This document shows, one piece after another, positions 23,784-39,600 of a stretch of DNA of 64,000 nt (position 1 is its first letter; each line of letters starts with the position of its first letter). The notes beneath the pieces are model-generated. The model had not been told where the DNA came from. It worked only from the letters and a program-made list of their open reading frames with translations, and searched no databases. The translations under genes were made by a program, and so were the position numbers. The stretch comes from the human T2T-CHM13v2.0 reference genome, Homo sapiens: positions 37,504,001 through 37,568,000 of the forward strand of contig CP068257.2 of NCBI GenBank assembly GCA_009914755.4, given 5' to 3'.

Positions 23784-24989
23784 TTGGCTGGCAGATGGCC
23801 ATGCCCTTGCTGTTTCCATGATTATCCCTTTGTGTCTCTTCCTCTTCTTACAAGGAACGCCACTCATATTGGGTGAGGGCCTACCCCAATGGCCTCATTT
23901 GAACTTAATCACCCTTTTATAGACTATCTCCAAATATTGTTACAGTTTGAGCTACTAGGGGTCAAAACTTCAACATTATGATTTTTTTGTGGGGGTAGGG
24001 GGCACAATTCAGCCTGTAACAGGTTTTTAGATAGTATGTATTTTTAGATAGTAGGGAAGAGGAGAAGAAGATCAGTTTGCTGTGGACCTAAGAATAGAAG
24101 ACGTCAGGCCGGCTTCTGATCCTAACCTCCTGGGGGTAACTTAAGAACAGATCTGTAAAAGCAGTAAGCCTTGCTTCTGGTTTGTCAGCCCAGCCCCTGA
24201 AGGCAATTTGCTTCCTCATCCCGGTTTTTTACCCGGAGTGGTAAGTCATGCAGACGCAACACGGTTCTTCCTCACCATCAGGGAAAACACACCAAGGGCC
24301 TAAAGAAACAGGAGTAGCCCTAAGCAGTGCTTCCCTTTGGTTAGATTTCTTTATAAAATGTTTGCATTTTAGTGGCCAGCACCAAAAGTTTAAGAAATGG
24401 AACTTCCAGATGCACCAGAGAAAGACCAGGAATGTGGCTATAAGGTTCAGATAAGCATGTGAGATAGCACTCAGAGAGCTGCTCTTTGTGAATGCAGGGT
24501 CATCAAGATGCTGAGAACCAGGTGCTGTCAGCAGATACCACACATAAGGCCCAAAGGGTCTCCTCAAGCACCTAGAACAGCAGCCCAGAGGAAATGCACT
24601 GGTGAAGATTCCCCCAATCAGGAGAAAGGAGAGAGTCAGACACACTGTTTCCATCATTTGGGGAGATGTTATATTCAATTTGCTAGACAGAGAGGACAAT
24701 AAACAATCAGATAGAGCTGGGGACTCTAAAATCCTAGGTAGAGTCTAATATCTCCACTGTTGGATGTGGCAAGAAACAACAACAAAAAAAAAACTGTTTA
24801 GAAGTACCAGTGGGGTAGAAACTGTCAAATCCCTCAGCTCCACTGCCTTTGCCTCCTGGGCATAGAACAAGCCTGCGTTTCCCATCCTCCTCTGCACTGG
24901 GGCAGCACGTGTCTATGTCCAGCCAATGGAATGAGGGAGGAAGTGAGGTACAGTGCTGCCCAGCTTGGGACATCGGCAGATTGTTTGCA

Positions 24990-25400
24990 AAATGGCTTCC
25001 ATAATTCCTCTTCCTGTTTCCTCCCACACAGGTCCTGGTTTAACCATGTGATTTGTTTTGGCCAATGGGATAACAGTAACTGTGTTAGAAGCAGAAATTG
25101 AAAAAATTTTCCAATTTTTTTCTTTGGGCTTGCCCTCTTTTGTGGCTGGAATTCTTCTCCTCCATGTGAACAAGTGGAGGCTGGCATTCTGGAACAGGAA
25201 GCACAGGGACAGAAGCCCAGCCATCCCTGCTGAAGCCCTGGATAAGTGAGCAGATTCATTCTAGACCAGCCAGCCTCAGCTCAGCCAGCCTGACCACAGC
25301 AATCACCCAGGAAGTCCACAAAATTGTGAGAAACATTATGTATTTATTGTTTTAAGCCACCAAGTTAGGGGTAGTTTAATGAACAGCAAAATAGCCATAA
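24990..25400 (+). mobile_element. LTR-like segment (MaLR/ERVL-type 3' portion) immediately upstream of repeat copy B
   Basis: ...cagcctgaccacagcaatcacccaggaagtccacaaaattgtgagaaacattatgtatttattgttttaagccaccaagttaggggtagtttaatgaacagcaaaatagccataaaaa has the typical LTR-terminal architecture (tgtgagaaa.a.t.t.tttattgttttaagccac...acagcaa.agata.ctaatacag-like). Confidence 0.4.
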
Positions 25401-25655
25401 AAAACTCCTGCACAATCTTCTATGTTTGCTCCTTCCCCATCTGCAGAGAAAAAACTCTGAAGATCTGGGGGAGGGAAGAGCTAAAATATGAAAAAAGCCT
25501 AGTCCCTGAGTGACTGTGTGGAGCAGAGTGTCCCTTTTTCTCCCCCACGCCCCCAACTCACACAGAAATATAACATGAGCAAGGAATAACTTGGATTGTG
25601 TCAAGGCCCTGAAATTTGAGGATACTCTGTTATAGCAGTCAGTCTACTTGGTTAA
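25357..25655 (+). repeat. Copy B of the ~300-bp dispersed repeat (see 21157-21460)
   Basis: Direct-orientation partner, about 92-93% identical. It has lost the CpGs that copy A retains. Confidence 0.7.
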
Positions 25656-26439
25656 TGTACTACCCACTTCCTAGAAACTGAAATCTGCCAACACACTTGT
25701 GGAATGGTCCATATTCCCAGACTACCGCCACTGGTAGCTAAGAAGAATCCTCATCCTCAAGACTTGACTCTGTGCAGCCTCTGTGTAACTCTCATTCACT
25801 TTTCCATACATTCATTCAATAAATACTAATTGCTAAGAAATGCCAATCACCTGGTGCCAGCAGCCAAGACAAGAGTGGTCCCTGTCCTTAAGGCACTTGT
25901 AGTCTAGTAGCAGGCTAAGGAGGGGAGGACAGTCACTAAACAAATAATCCCACTGCAGGCTCCAGGAGGAGAAGGAAGCCATATCTATTTTGCATACAAT
26001 TGCATCTGCAGCCCTCTGCTCAATGTAAGGCACAAAATAAGGGTTTAATAAGTTGTTGCTGAATTCATAAGCACAAGTCAATATTTAATTACAAATGTTG
26101 ATACGAACTGTGAAGGAAAGTTTAAGGAGCCAGGAAAGACTATAAAAGGGGGGATCAGAAAAGTTATCTCTGAGGAAGTAACACTTAAGCCAAGAGCTGA
26201 AGGAGGGAGAAGGAAAGGAGGGCAGTAGGGAGCCAATGAATAAATAGTAGAGTGAGAGACGCTTTGAGGCAAGGGAAATAGCTTAGGCAAAGGCCCTGAA
26301 ATATAAAGAGCCTGCTGCTGAGTTAGAGCAACAGAAGACCAGCATGGCCAGACCATGGTGAGTGAAAGAAGTGGGATAAGATGGCGAGAGCAGTAGATAG
26401 GATCTGTTACATAGATCCCTGTAGGCCAGGTTAGATTTA

Positions 26440-29495
<3,056 letters not shown>

Positions 29496-29496
29496 T

Positions 29497-29830
29497 CAGC
29501 TGCTATAACAAAATACCTTAGACTGGGGAATTTATAAACAACAGAAATTTATTGCTCACAGTTCTGGAGGCTGGAAAGTTCAAGATTAAGGCACCAGCAG
29601 ATGTGCCTTGCAATGTTTGGAGAGGAGCCATTCCTCATAGATGGCGCCTTCTGTGTTCTCATATGGCAGAAGGGCAAAAGACTCCCTCCTCAAGCCTGTT
29701 TGATAAGGACGTTAATCTCATGACCTAGTCACCTCCCAAAGGCCCTATCTCTTCATACCAATACATTGGGGATTAGATTTCAACACAAACTTTGGACAGA
29801 CAAGAACATTCAGACTATAGCAGTGTTCAA
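29497..29830 (+). mobile_element. Ancient interspersed repeat ('ctgctataacaaaatacc...cacagttctggaggctggaaagttcaagattaaggcaccagcag...' family; name not asserted)
   Basis: tcagctgctataacaaaataccttagactggggaatttataaacaacagaaatttattgctcacagttctggaggctggaaagttcaagattaaggcaccagcagatgtg...ctcatgacctagtcacctcccaaaggccctatctc...attggggattagatttcaacacaaactttggacagacaagaacattcagact. I recognise this as a common human repeat consensus. Confidence 0.6.
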
Positions 29831-30118
29831 GAGGGACAATGAGTTGTAGTTTTCTTTTATTGTGATGCCCTTGTCTGACTTTGTTATCAAGATAATACTA
29901 ACAAAAAATGAGTTGGGAATTTTTCCTTCCCCCTGTTTTTTGAGAGACTCTGGGTGAGATTAGCATTGGTTGTTCCTTACATGTTTGATATGCTTGACAG
30001 GACTCACCCATAAAGCCATCTGAACCTGAACTTTTCTTTGTGGGAAGGTTTTTAAATATGAATTCAATTTTTTTTTAATTATAGGGCTATTCATATTTCT
30101 ATTTCTTCATGAATTCTA

Positions 30119-30407
30119 TTTTTTTTTTTTTTGAGACAGTCTCGCTCTGTTGCCCAGGCTGGAGTACAGTGGTGCGATCTCGGCTCACTGCAACCTCCGC
30201 TTCCCAGGTTCAAGCAATTCTCTGCCTCAGCCTCCCGTATATCTGGGATTACAGGCGCCCACCACCACACCTGGCTAATTTTTGTATTTTTAGTAGAGAC
30301 AGGATTTCACCATGTAGGCCAGGCTGGTCTTGAACTCTTGACCTCATGATCCACCCACCTGAGGCTCCCAAAGTGCTGGGATTACAGGCGTGAGCCACTG
30401 CACCCGA
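30119..30407 (-). mobile_element. Alu SINE
   Basis: Poly-T then gagacagtctcgctctgttgcccaggctggagtacagtggtgcgatctcggctcactgcaacc... Target-site duplication (t)atgaattctatttt at 30109-30122 and 30409-30423. Confidence 0.9.
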
Positions 30408-30589
30408 CTATGAATTCTATTTTCTACTTGTTGTTTGCCTTGTTAGGTTTTGGATTTACTTAGGACTTTGTTATCCCTTTCTTCCTTACTGTGTCTCCCT
30501 TTTGGAATGAGAATGTCTGTCCTATGCCTGCCCTGCCATTGTATTTGGGAACACATAACTTGTTTAATTTCATAGGCTCATATGTGCTT

Positions 30590-30760
30590 CAGGATGAATC
30601 ATAGTTTGAGTCTCACTCATATCTGCTTTAGATGATATTTAGATGAGACTTTGGACTTTGGACTTTAGACTTTTGAGTTAAGGCTGGAATTATTTAAGAC
30701 TTTTGGGGTTACAGGGATGGAATGAATGCATTTTTCCTGTGACAAACAAATGAATTTTGA
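30590..30760 (+). mobile_element. MaLR internal-region fragment (THE1/MST-int-like)
   Basis: gatgagactttggactttggactttagacttttgagttaaggctggaattatttaagacttttggggttacagggatggaatgaatgcatttt resembles THE1-int ...gatgagactttggactgtggacttttgagttaatgctgaaatgagttaagactttggggg.... Confidence 0.5.
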
Positions 30761-32429
30761 GAGGCCTGGAGCTAGTATAGACCCTTTTAGGGCTCTGTTA
30801 CACAAGACTGTCCCATTTCAGATGTCAGTCACAAGTCTGAGCGGCCCAAACTTCTGACCAACCAGCTATCAATCAGGGGTTCCCACAACCCCTTCCTTGG
30901 CTTACATAATTTGCTAAAACTGTTCACAAAGCTCACAAAAAGGAAACATTTGCCTATGTTTACCAGTTTATTATAAAAGGTACAAGTCAGGAACAACCAG
31001 ATGGAAGAGATGCCGAAGGCAAAGTGTGGGGGAGCGGCACAGAGCTCCCGTGCCCTCTATGGGTGCACCACGCTCCCAGCACCTCCATGTGTTCACCAAC
31101 TGAGAAGCTCTCCAAATCCCGTCTGTTTAGTATTTTTATGGAAGCTTCATCACACAGGCATGAACAATTAACTCAATCTCCAGCCACTCTCTCCTCCCCA
31201 AAGGACGGGGATTGAAGCTAAAAGTTCAAAGCTTCTCATCATGGCTTGGTCTTTCTGGTGACCACTCCCAATCCTAAAGCTATCCAGGAGCCCACCAAGA
31301 GTCACCTCATTAGAACAAAAGAGGCTTCTATCACCCAGGCAAATCGAAGGGACTTATGAGCTCTGTGTCAGGAACTGGGGTCAAAGACAAAATGGTAGGA
31401 CAGAAGATGCTCCTAGCACCCTTACTATTCAGGAAATCATAAAGGTTTTAGGAGGTCTGTGTCAGGAGCCCAGGGATGAAGACCAAATATATATTTCTTA
31501 TTATATCCAAAATCACAGAATACCTCCAGGCAGGAAGCCCACAGATCACCATTCTTAGCAAATGCTGTAGCAGTTTCATGAGTAAACTCTTCTCAAATGT
31601 TGCCTTGTCTTTCATCATTTTCTAATGGCCTGAAATGACTGTCTTTAATCATTTTGTCCATTTTTTTTACTTACTTTCTGCCAAGGGAAATCCCTTGACT
31701 TCCTCATACAACCAATACCAGAAGTAGATCCCCCAGGTTTTACTCCATCTAGACCAGGAAGCCACTAAAAGGAGTCAAGCTGCAAAGTACCAGGAATCAG
31801 CTTTCTATTCCTATGTGCTCACTGTGCCTACTGTGGGAGCGTCAGTTGGTAGGAGAGAGTTCCAGTTAGAGGCTTTCAGCGGTAGGTCCCAGGAAGCAAT
31901 GAAAGAGATACGTTGTCAAGTAACTGAAAAGTCCTGTGCAGCTTGGGCGAGATATTCATGACATCCTTCAGAACAGCAGCTCTGAGGTGCCACTGGATCT
32001 GTCTCACGGTACTGTCTTGGTCCTCAAGCCCTCGTGGTAGTGAGAGGTCTGTCAGTAGCTTCTAGACTCTAGAGGCTTCCTCACTTACATCCAAGGAGAG
32101 GGAACTTCTCTTTCCTCAGCCACTGAACGAAAGCCTTGGGCTTGCCTCTGCTTGGACTGATATGCTCACTCCTGAACTCATCACCATGGCCCAAGGAATT
32201 CAATGTGCAGACTGGCTTTCGCTGCTCAGGTTCGAGCCCACTCAAGCCCCGTAACTAGGAATGTCTGGGTCCTGTTAGGAAAGGGGAGCGGCTGCATGGA
32301 GGCTGAGGAGGTGGTCTGGGAGGCCTGCTCCAGGGCACAAGAGAGGAGCCCTGATCTCACTCTTCATTACTAAATGTAGCAGGTGGCTCGGGCTAACCTA
32401 ATGAAATTCCAAGCACTGGGTGCCTTAAA

Positions 32430-32720
32430 CAAACAGAAAATTATTTTCTCATAATTCTGGAGGCTGGAATTCCAGGATCGAGGTACCAGCAGGGCTGGTT
32501 TACGGTGAGGCCTCTCTCCTCATTGGCAGAGCGCACCTTCTCCCTGTGACCTCACATAGTGTTTTCTCTGCGCGCCTGCAGAGAAAGGGCTCTGGTGTCT
32601 CTCCTTCTTCTTCTAAGGATATCAGTCCTGTTGGATGAGAGTCCCACCCTTATGACCTCATGTAACCTTTGTTACCTCCTTACAGGCCTTTCCTTCAAAT
32701 ACTGTCACAGTGGGTGTGGT
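32430..32720 (+). mobile_element. Ancient interspersed repeat, same family as 29497-29830
   Basis: aacagaaaattattttctcataattctggaggctggaattccaggatcgaggtaccagcagggctggtttacggtgaggcctctctcctcattggcag...tctccttcttcttctaaggatatcagtcctgttggatgagagtcccacccttatgacctcatgtaacctt... follows the same consensus. Confidence 0.55.
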
Positions 32721-33112
32721 GGGGGACATAATTCAGTCCATAACACCAGAAAAGGGGCAAAGCTTTGCAACTCCGCCTGCCCTACTCAGTTCTAGCCAGC
32801 AGAGCTGCAGAAAGATCACTGATGAGACTGAACTCCAGCCCAAAGGTTCCGCACTGGCCCTGACAGGAAAGGAGAGAAGGGAGGGTCACACACCCCAGCA
32901 GTTCTATTATATATCCCACTCAGCTAAGATGGAAGACTTGGAAAAATAACTGTCTCATTGGTAATGAAAGGATTAGGATAGTGGTTGTCTGCTATGACGC
33001 AAATGCAGTGGCCACATCCCAAGAACTGTGCTTTTAAGCTCCAAAGCAATCAAAGTCAGGGAAAAATGGTCATTGAAAATGAAAAATAAAACTATGTCTG
33101 AAAAATAACCCA

Positions 33113-33423
<311 letters not shown>

Positions 33424-34482
33424 TTAAATCCAGGAAATAGGAACTTATAAATATGATTGGACTTTCCCTCCTGCAATGTGTTGACGTGTTAGCCCCAAGG
33501 ACTGTTCTCCACATCACGGAAGCATGGATCCCATACAGCCCCCACCCCCTCTCTCGGCATCTTCTTCCCCATTCTCCCCAAGTGCTGAATGCAGGATGTA
33601 TCCTTCCCTGACTGCAGAAATCTCTCCACACCTCCTTATCCAGGCTTGCCCTGCAGGACAATGGTTCTTCCTCCTCGACGCGTCACCATCCTGCTGTCCA
33701 CACAACTCCCAGCCTCCCAGAGGCCTCAGGGAACAGAACTGTCACCCTGAGAGATGTCCACCCGACAGGAGCCTCTGTGGCTGGAGACGTCCAAGCCAGG
33801 TAGTGTAGATTCTCACTATTCATCATAGTGACCGTGTAGAAGTCACCACGGACACTGAATTAGGAAACACTGAACCTCTGCTCCACAGGAAAATATGTGC
33901 ATATATTCAGTATACACATATCTCACACACATAGAGTCAAGATTAAATCCTAAGACAACGCACCCAAGTAGATTCTATTTTATTTTACAAGAGAAAAAAA
34001 ATGAGGTTCAGAAGAGTTAAGTGACTCAGCAGAAGCTGCCCCACTAACAGGTGCCAGAATTAGGATTTGACCCTGTCCAACTGGCCCAGAGCTGGAGCTT
34101 CCCTCCCATCTCCCCCTACAGGCCATCTATGTATGAGGCTGAAACAACTGGGCAGAGTATGGCCTGCTTCAACCTCAGGTGGAAACATGCGTATTGGGGA
34201 CCTCAGAATTTTCACTGTTCTGTGTGTGTCTACTCAAATGACCACTAATTGTCCCAAAGTATTGATTTGGAGGTTACAAATAAATTTTAGCAAATAGGTA
34301 AATTTTCAAATATGGAACGTGCAACTGTACTTTTCTGCCACCATGTCATAGCCTGAACAAAAATCAGCCTCCTCAGGATGGACAATCTGTAAGGGTGGCT
34401 GCCCCGAGTTTGCTCATTCAAAGCTAGGACCTGGGTGTTAGACCCAGGCATCTACCAGGTTGGTTCCTCACTGCTATAGCTT

Positions 34483-34858
34483 GAATGTCTGTCCCTTCTA
34501 AAACCCGTGTTGAAACTTAATCCCCAGTGTAACAGTATTAGGAGGTGGGGCCTTTAAGAGGTGACTGGGTCATGATTCACCCATTTATGGATTGAAGGAT
34601 TTGTGGGTTATCATGGGAGTGGACAGGTGGCTGTATAAAAAGAGGAACAGATCTGAGCAAGCACTCTCAGCCCCTTTTTCATGTGATACTCTGAGCTGCC
34701 TTGGGCCTCTGCAGAGGCCCCACCAGCAAGAAGGCTCTCACCAGATGCAGCCCTTCAACTTTGGACTTCCCAGCCTCCAGAACTGTAAGAAATAAATTGC
34801 TTTTATAAATTACCCACTCTCAGATATTCAGTTATAGCAACAGAAGATAGACTAAGAC
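34483..34858 (+). mobile_element. MaLR/ERV-type solo LTR
   Basis: tgctatagcttgaatgtctgtcccttctaaaacccgtgttgaaacttaatccccagtgtaacagtattaggaggtggggcctttaagaggtgactgggtcatga...cagcccttcaactttggacttcccagcctccagaactgtaagaaataaattgcttttataaattacccactctcagatattcagttatagcaacagaagatagactaagac. The architecture is that of an LTR, running TG...ataaattaccca...ctaa.ac. Confidence 0.75.
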
Positions 34859-35130
34859 GCTCACTGACCACAAAATACAAGGACAGAAACTGCATCCCTT
34901 GCCCATCACTGCCTCCTGAGCAATTGGAAGTAAGCACATGCCAAAGAGCAGACAGAGGAAAATGAAGGATCCAAATCTTTAACTCAGATCTTTAATCCTT
35001 GTTATAAAGATTAACAAAAGATTTGATGAGCATACCTGACTGCTCATTCTAAATTGAGATCCAAGGCAGACACATCTAAGAATGAAACAGAGTGGGTCTC
35101 CTTTTCATAATTCATTCATTTGGAGTCTGT

Positions 35131-35519
35131 ATTAGTCCATTCTCACACTGCTATAAAGAACTACCTATGACAGGTTAATTTATGAAGAAAAGAGGTTTAA
35201 TTGACTCATAGTTCCACAGGCTATACAGGAAGCATGGCTGGGAGGCCTCAAGAAACTTACAATCATGGCAGAAGGTGCAGGGGAAGAAAGCATGTCTTAC
35301 CATGGTGGAGCAGGGGAAAGAGAGAAAGAGGGAGAAGGGGGAAGTGCTACATACTTTCAAACAACCAGATCTCATGAGAAGTCACTCACTATCATGAGAA
35401 CAGTAAGGGGGAAGTCCATCCCCATGATTCAATCACCTCCCACCAGGTCTATTCTTCAACACCTAGGGTTTACAATTTGACATGAGATTTGGGTGGGGAC
35501 ACAGAGCCAAACCGTATCA
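35131..35519 (-). mobile_element. MaLR (THE1/MST-like) solo LTR, antisense
   Basis: Reverse complement starts tgatacggtttggctctgtgtccccacccaaatctcatgtcaaattgtaaaccc and ends ...ataaattaacctgtcataggtagttctttatagcagtgtgagaatggactaatac. The ORF at 35175-35375 (-), containing ...MVRHAFFPCTFCHDCKFLEASQPCFLYSLWNYESIKPLFFIN, is the usual LTR translation artefact. The same peptide family appears in the 22837-23783 LTRs. Confidence 0.8.
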
Positions 35520-36879
35520 GAGTCTTTTCCCCCTAAGTATGTAAGTAATCCACTCTCAATATTGAAAACTTTTTTTAAAAAAAAGTAAAAACAAAAAACT
35601 ACCAAAGCTTTTTTTAACTTCTGACTTCTTACATCTTTTGCTCCTGTTTAATGAGTTCCCTATCACCTAAAAACAACGACTAAAATTTAAGCAAATATTC
35701 TTTCAATTTTTTTTTGCCCACAGCGTTTGCAGTGGTGACTGAGGCCTGTTTTCCTCATAAATCCCCGATCCCCATGCCATGTAAACAGATGACACCCCAA
35801 AGTCTGGAGAATAGGAGTTAAACTCTGGGCACTTACAGTCCCAAGATGTGAGGTCTTGGTCTACTCAGAAAGATGAGAAATACAAGATCAGCCTGAACCA
35901 GTTCTTCCCATCCCCAGAGATGGGATTAAAGGATGTCTGGACAAAGAATAGGGAGACAAAGAGCACAGGTGTGTTGCTGGGGTCCCTGAGTATACCCCAC
36001 TTTGGAAGCCAGGACTAGGCAGAGGGTGAGATCATAGAATCCCATGATCAGAGGACAGAGCCCAGCAAAGTGTCTGACCCCAGAATTTGCATCAGACATG
36101 CTTATAATTGAATTATACAAGAAACAGAATGGGCTCCCTGCAGTGGGAGCAGAAGAAATACCTTCCTGTGGTGTCAAGAAGCTAAGCCTGAAATGGTCCT
36201 CACTGTCCCTGGACACCCCTCAGCAAGCCAAGCACATCTGAATGCATCCCTCTGTGGCAGAAATAGCCCTAAGAGGTCCCTGAGGTCAGCACTTGGAGAA
36301 CATGGATCAGTCACCACAGTGGCAAGAATGGCCACAAGGCTGTGTCCATAGATGCCAACACAAAAGGTTGAAAATGAGCCTTCCCATTGTAGCTTCCTCA
36401 AGACTATTGCCCTGGGTCAGTCCCTGACATGGGAGCACATCCAGGGAAAGGGGCCATTTCTGAACTGGCAGAAATCTCTTCCTGTCATGGTGCAACGTGG
36501 GCCCGAAAGAGAGGCTAAAATCCAGTTATAGAAAAGTAAAGCACATGTATAGGCCCTCGGGTCTGGGGGCTGAGATTTGCACCCACTACTCACGTATCCA
36601 AACACATGACCTTTCTCCTTTTCAAAGATGGTACCCTCCTTAGACACAGTGTGTTCTGATAGTTCTAATTCCTACTTGCTGATAAATTCCTGAAAATCCC
36701 GAAGTGCTGGGGCTAAAATTCTGCTTCTAAACCGTGGGAATCCCCTGGGCTTGTTTTCTTTTCTCATGTTCTCCGCATGTGTCAGCGTCTTGTTTTGGGC
36801 CCGACTCCCAACTGCAGAGAGCCCTTACCTTTGCTTGGAGGCACATGGAAGGCAAAGTCTTCCAAGGCTGAGGGTTTTT

Positions 36880-37050
36880 TTGTTTTCTGTTTTTAGAGTG
36901 GGGGTCTCGCTCTGTCTCCCAGGCTGGAGAGCAGTAGCGTGGTCATAGCTCACTGCTTCAAACTCCTGGGCTCAAGCCATCCTCCTGTCTCAGCCTCCTA
37001 AGTAGGTAGGGCTACAGGCACACACCACTACACCCAGCTAATTTTTTTAT
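36880..37050 (-). mobile_element. Partial Alu (right-arm fragment), antisense, abutting the SVA
   Basis: ggggtctcgctctgtctcccaggctggagagcagtagcgtggtcatagctcactgcttcaaactcctgggctcaagccatcctcctgtctcagcctcctaagtaggtagggctacaggcacacaccactacacccagctaattttt. Confidence 0.8.
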
Positions 37051-37063
37051 TTTAAAAGAAAAT

Positions 37064-38790
37064 TTTAGCTCCCTCTCCCGTCTCCCTCTCCCTCTCCCTC
37101 TCCCGTCTCCCTCTCCCTCTCCCGTCTCCCTCTCCCTCTCCCTCTCCCGTCTCCCTCTCCCGTCTCCCTCTCCCGTCTCCCTCTCCCTCTCCCTCTCTCT
37201 CTCCCTCTCCCATCTCCCTCTCCCTCTCCTTTCCACGTTCTCCCTCTCATGCCGGGCCAAAGCTGGACTGTACTGCTGCCATCTCGGCTCGCTGCAGCCT
37301 CCCTGCCTGATTCTCCTGCCTCAGCCTGCCGAGTGCCTGCGATTGCAGGCGTGCGCCACCACGCCTGACTGCTTTTCATGTTTTTTTGGTGGGGACGGGG
37401 TTTCGCTGTGTTGGCCGGACTGGTCTCCAGCTCCTAGCCGCGAGTGATCCGCCAGCCTCGGCCTCCGGAGGTGCCGGGATTGCAGACGGAGTCTCATTCA
37501 CTCAGTGCTCAATGGTGCCCAGGCTGGAGTGCAGGGGCGTGATCTCGGCTCGCTACGGCCTCCACCTCCCAGCCGCCTGCCTTGGCCCCCCAAAGTGCGG
37601 AGATTGCAGCCTCTGCCTGGCCGCCACCCCGTCTGGGAAGTGAGGAGCGTCTCTGCCTGGCTGCCCATTGTCTGGGATGTGAGGAGCCCCTCTGCCTGGC
37701 TGCCCAGTCTGGAAAGTGAGGAGCGTCTCTGCCCGGCCGCCGTCCCACCTGGGAAGTGAGGAGCGCCTCGTCCCGGCCGCCATCCCATCTAGGAAGTGAG
37801 GAGCGTCTCTGCCCGGCAGCCCATCATCTGAGATGTGGGGAGCGCCTCTGCCCCGCCGCCCCGTCTGGGATGTGAGAAGCGCCTCCGCCCGGCCGCCCCG
37901 TCTGAGAAGTGAGGAGACCATCCGCCTGGCAACCGCCCCGTCTGAGAAGTGAGGATCCCCTCCGCCTGGCTGCCACCCCGTCTGGGAAGTGAGGAGCGTC
38001 TCCGCCCAGCAGCCACCCCGTCCGGGGGGGAGGTGGGGGTCAGCCCCCCGCACGGCCAGCCGCCCCGTCCGGGAGGTGGGGGGCGCCTCTGCCCGGCCGC
38101 CCCTGCTGGGAAGTGAGGAGCCCCTCTGCCCAGCCAGGAGCCCCTCTGCCAGGCCAGCCGCCCCGTCCGGGAGGGAGGTGGGGGGCTCAGCCCCCCGCCC
38201 GGCCAGCCGCTCCGTCCGGGAGGGAGGTGGGGGGGGGTCAGCGCCCCCTCCCGGCCAGCCGCCCCGTCTGGGAGGTGTGCCCAACAGCTCATTGAGAATG
38301 GGCCATGATGACGATGGCGGTTTTCTGGAATAGAAAGAGGGGCAAGGTGGGGAAAAGATTGAGAAGTCGGATGGTTGCCGTGTCTGTGTAGAAAGAAGTA
38401 GACATGGGAGACTTTTCATTTTGTTCTGTACTAGGAAAGATTCTTCTGCCTTGGGATCCTGTTGATCTGTGACCTTACCCCCAACCCCATGCTCTCTGAA
38501 ACATGTGCTGTGTCCACTCAGGGTTAAATGGATTAAGGGCGGTGCAAGATGTGCTTTGTTAAACAGATGCCTGAAGGCAACATGCTCGTTAAGAGTCATC
38601 ACCACTCCCTAATCTCAAGTACCCAGGGACACAAACACTCTGCCTAGGAAAACCAGAGACCTTTGTTCACTTGTTTGTCTGCTGACCTTCCCTCCACTAG
38701 TGTCCTATGACCCTGCCAAATACCCCTCTGTGAGAAACACCCAAGAATGATCAATAAAAAAATAAATAAATAAAATTAAAAAAAAAAAAA
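37064..38790 (+). mobile_element. SVA retrotransposon (SINE-VNTR-Alu), complete: CCCTCT hexamer repeat, Alu-like region, GC-rich VNTR, SINE-R (HERV-K-derived) region, poly-A
   Basis: (ctccctctcccgtctccctctcc)n spans 37069-37240. Antisense Alu-like pieces span 37241-37600 (...ggggtttcgctgtgttggccggactggtctccagctcc...). A VNTR of about 37-49-bp units (ccgtctgggaagtgaggagcgtctctgcccggccgcc...) spans 37600-38280. A SINE-R-like tail, 38285-38760 (...agaaagaagtagacatgggagacttttcattttgttctgtactaggaaagattcttctgccttgggatcctgttgatctgtgacc...), ends aataaataaataaa plus poly-A. A 10-bp target-site duplication aaaagaaaat lies at 37053-37062 and 38788-38797. Confidence 0.88.
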
Positions 38791-39008
38791 AGAAAATGGA
38801 TTAATATAATTGTCATGTTAAAAAGTTAAAAGAAAAAAGTTAGAGGATCTTCTTCATAACTACTACAATAATTTAACATTTTATTTCAGATTAATAACTC
38901 AATAAAGTTTACACAGATGGAAATTTACTAAACATGATACATTTATATCAGTATATTTGTGTTTGTCTTCGCTAAAAAAAAAAAAAAAAAAAAAAGAAAG
39001 AAAATTTT

Positions 39009-39600
<592 letters not shown>

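Noticed and set aside
37553-38605. Longest ORF in the window (350 aa, minus strand) plus several 100-170-aa ORFs overlapping it
   Set aside because: It lies wholly inside the GC-rich VNTR/Alu-like part of the SVA. The peptide is a Pro/Gly/Arg-rich low-complexity repeat mirroring the VNTR units. It is a frame artefact of tandem GC-rich DNA, not a gene.
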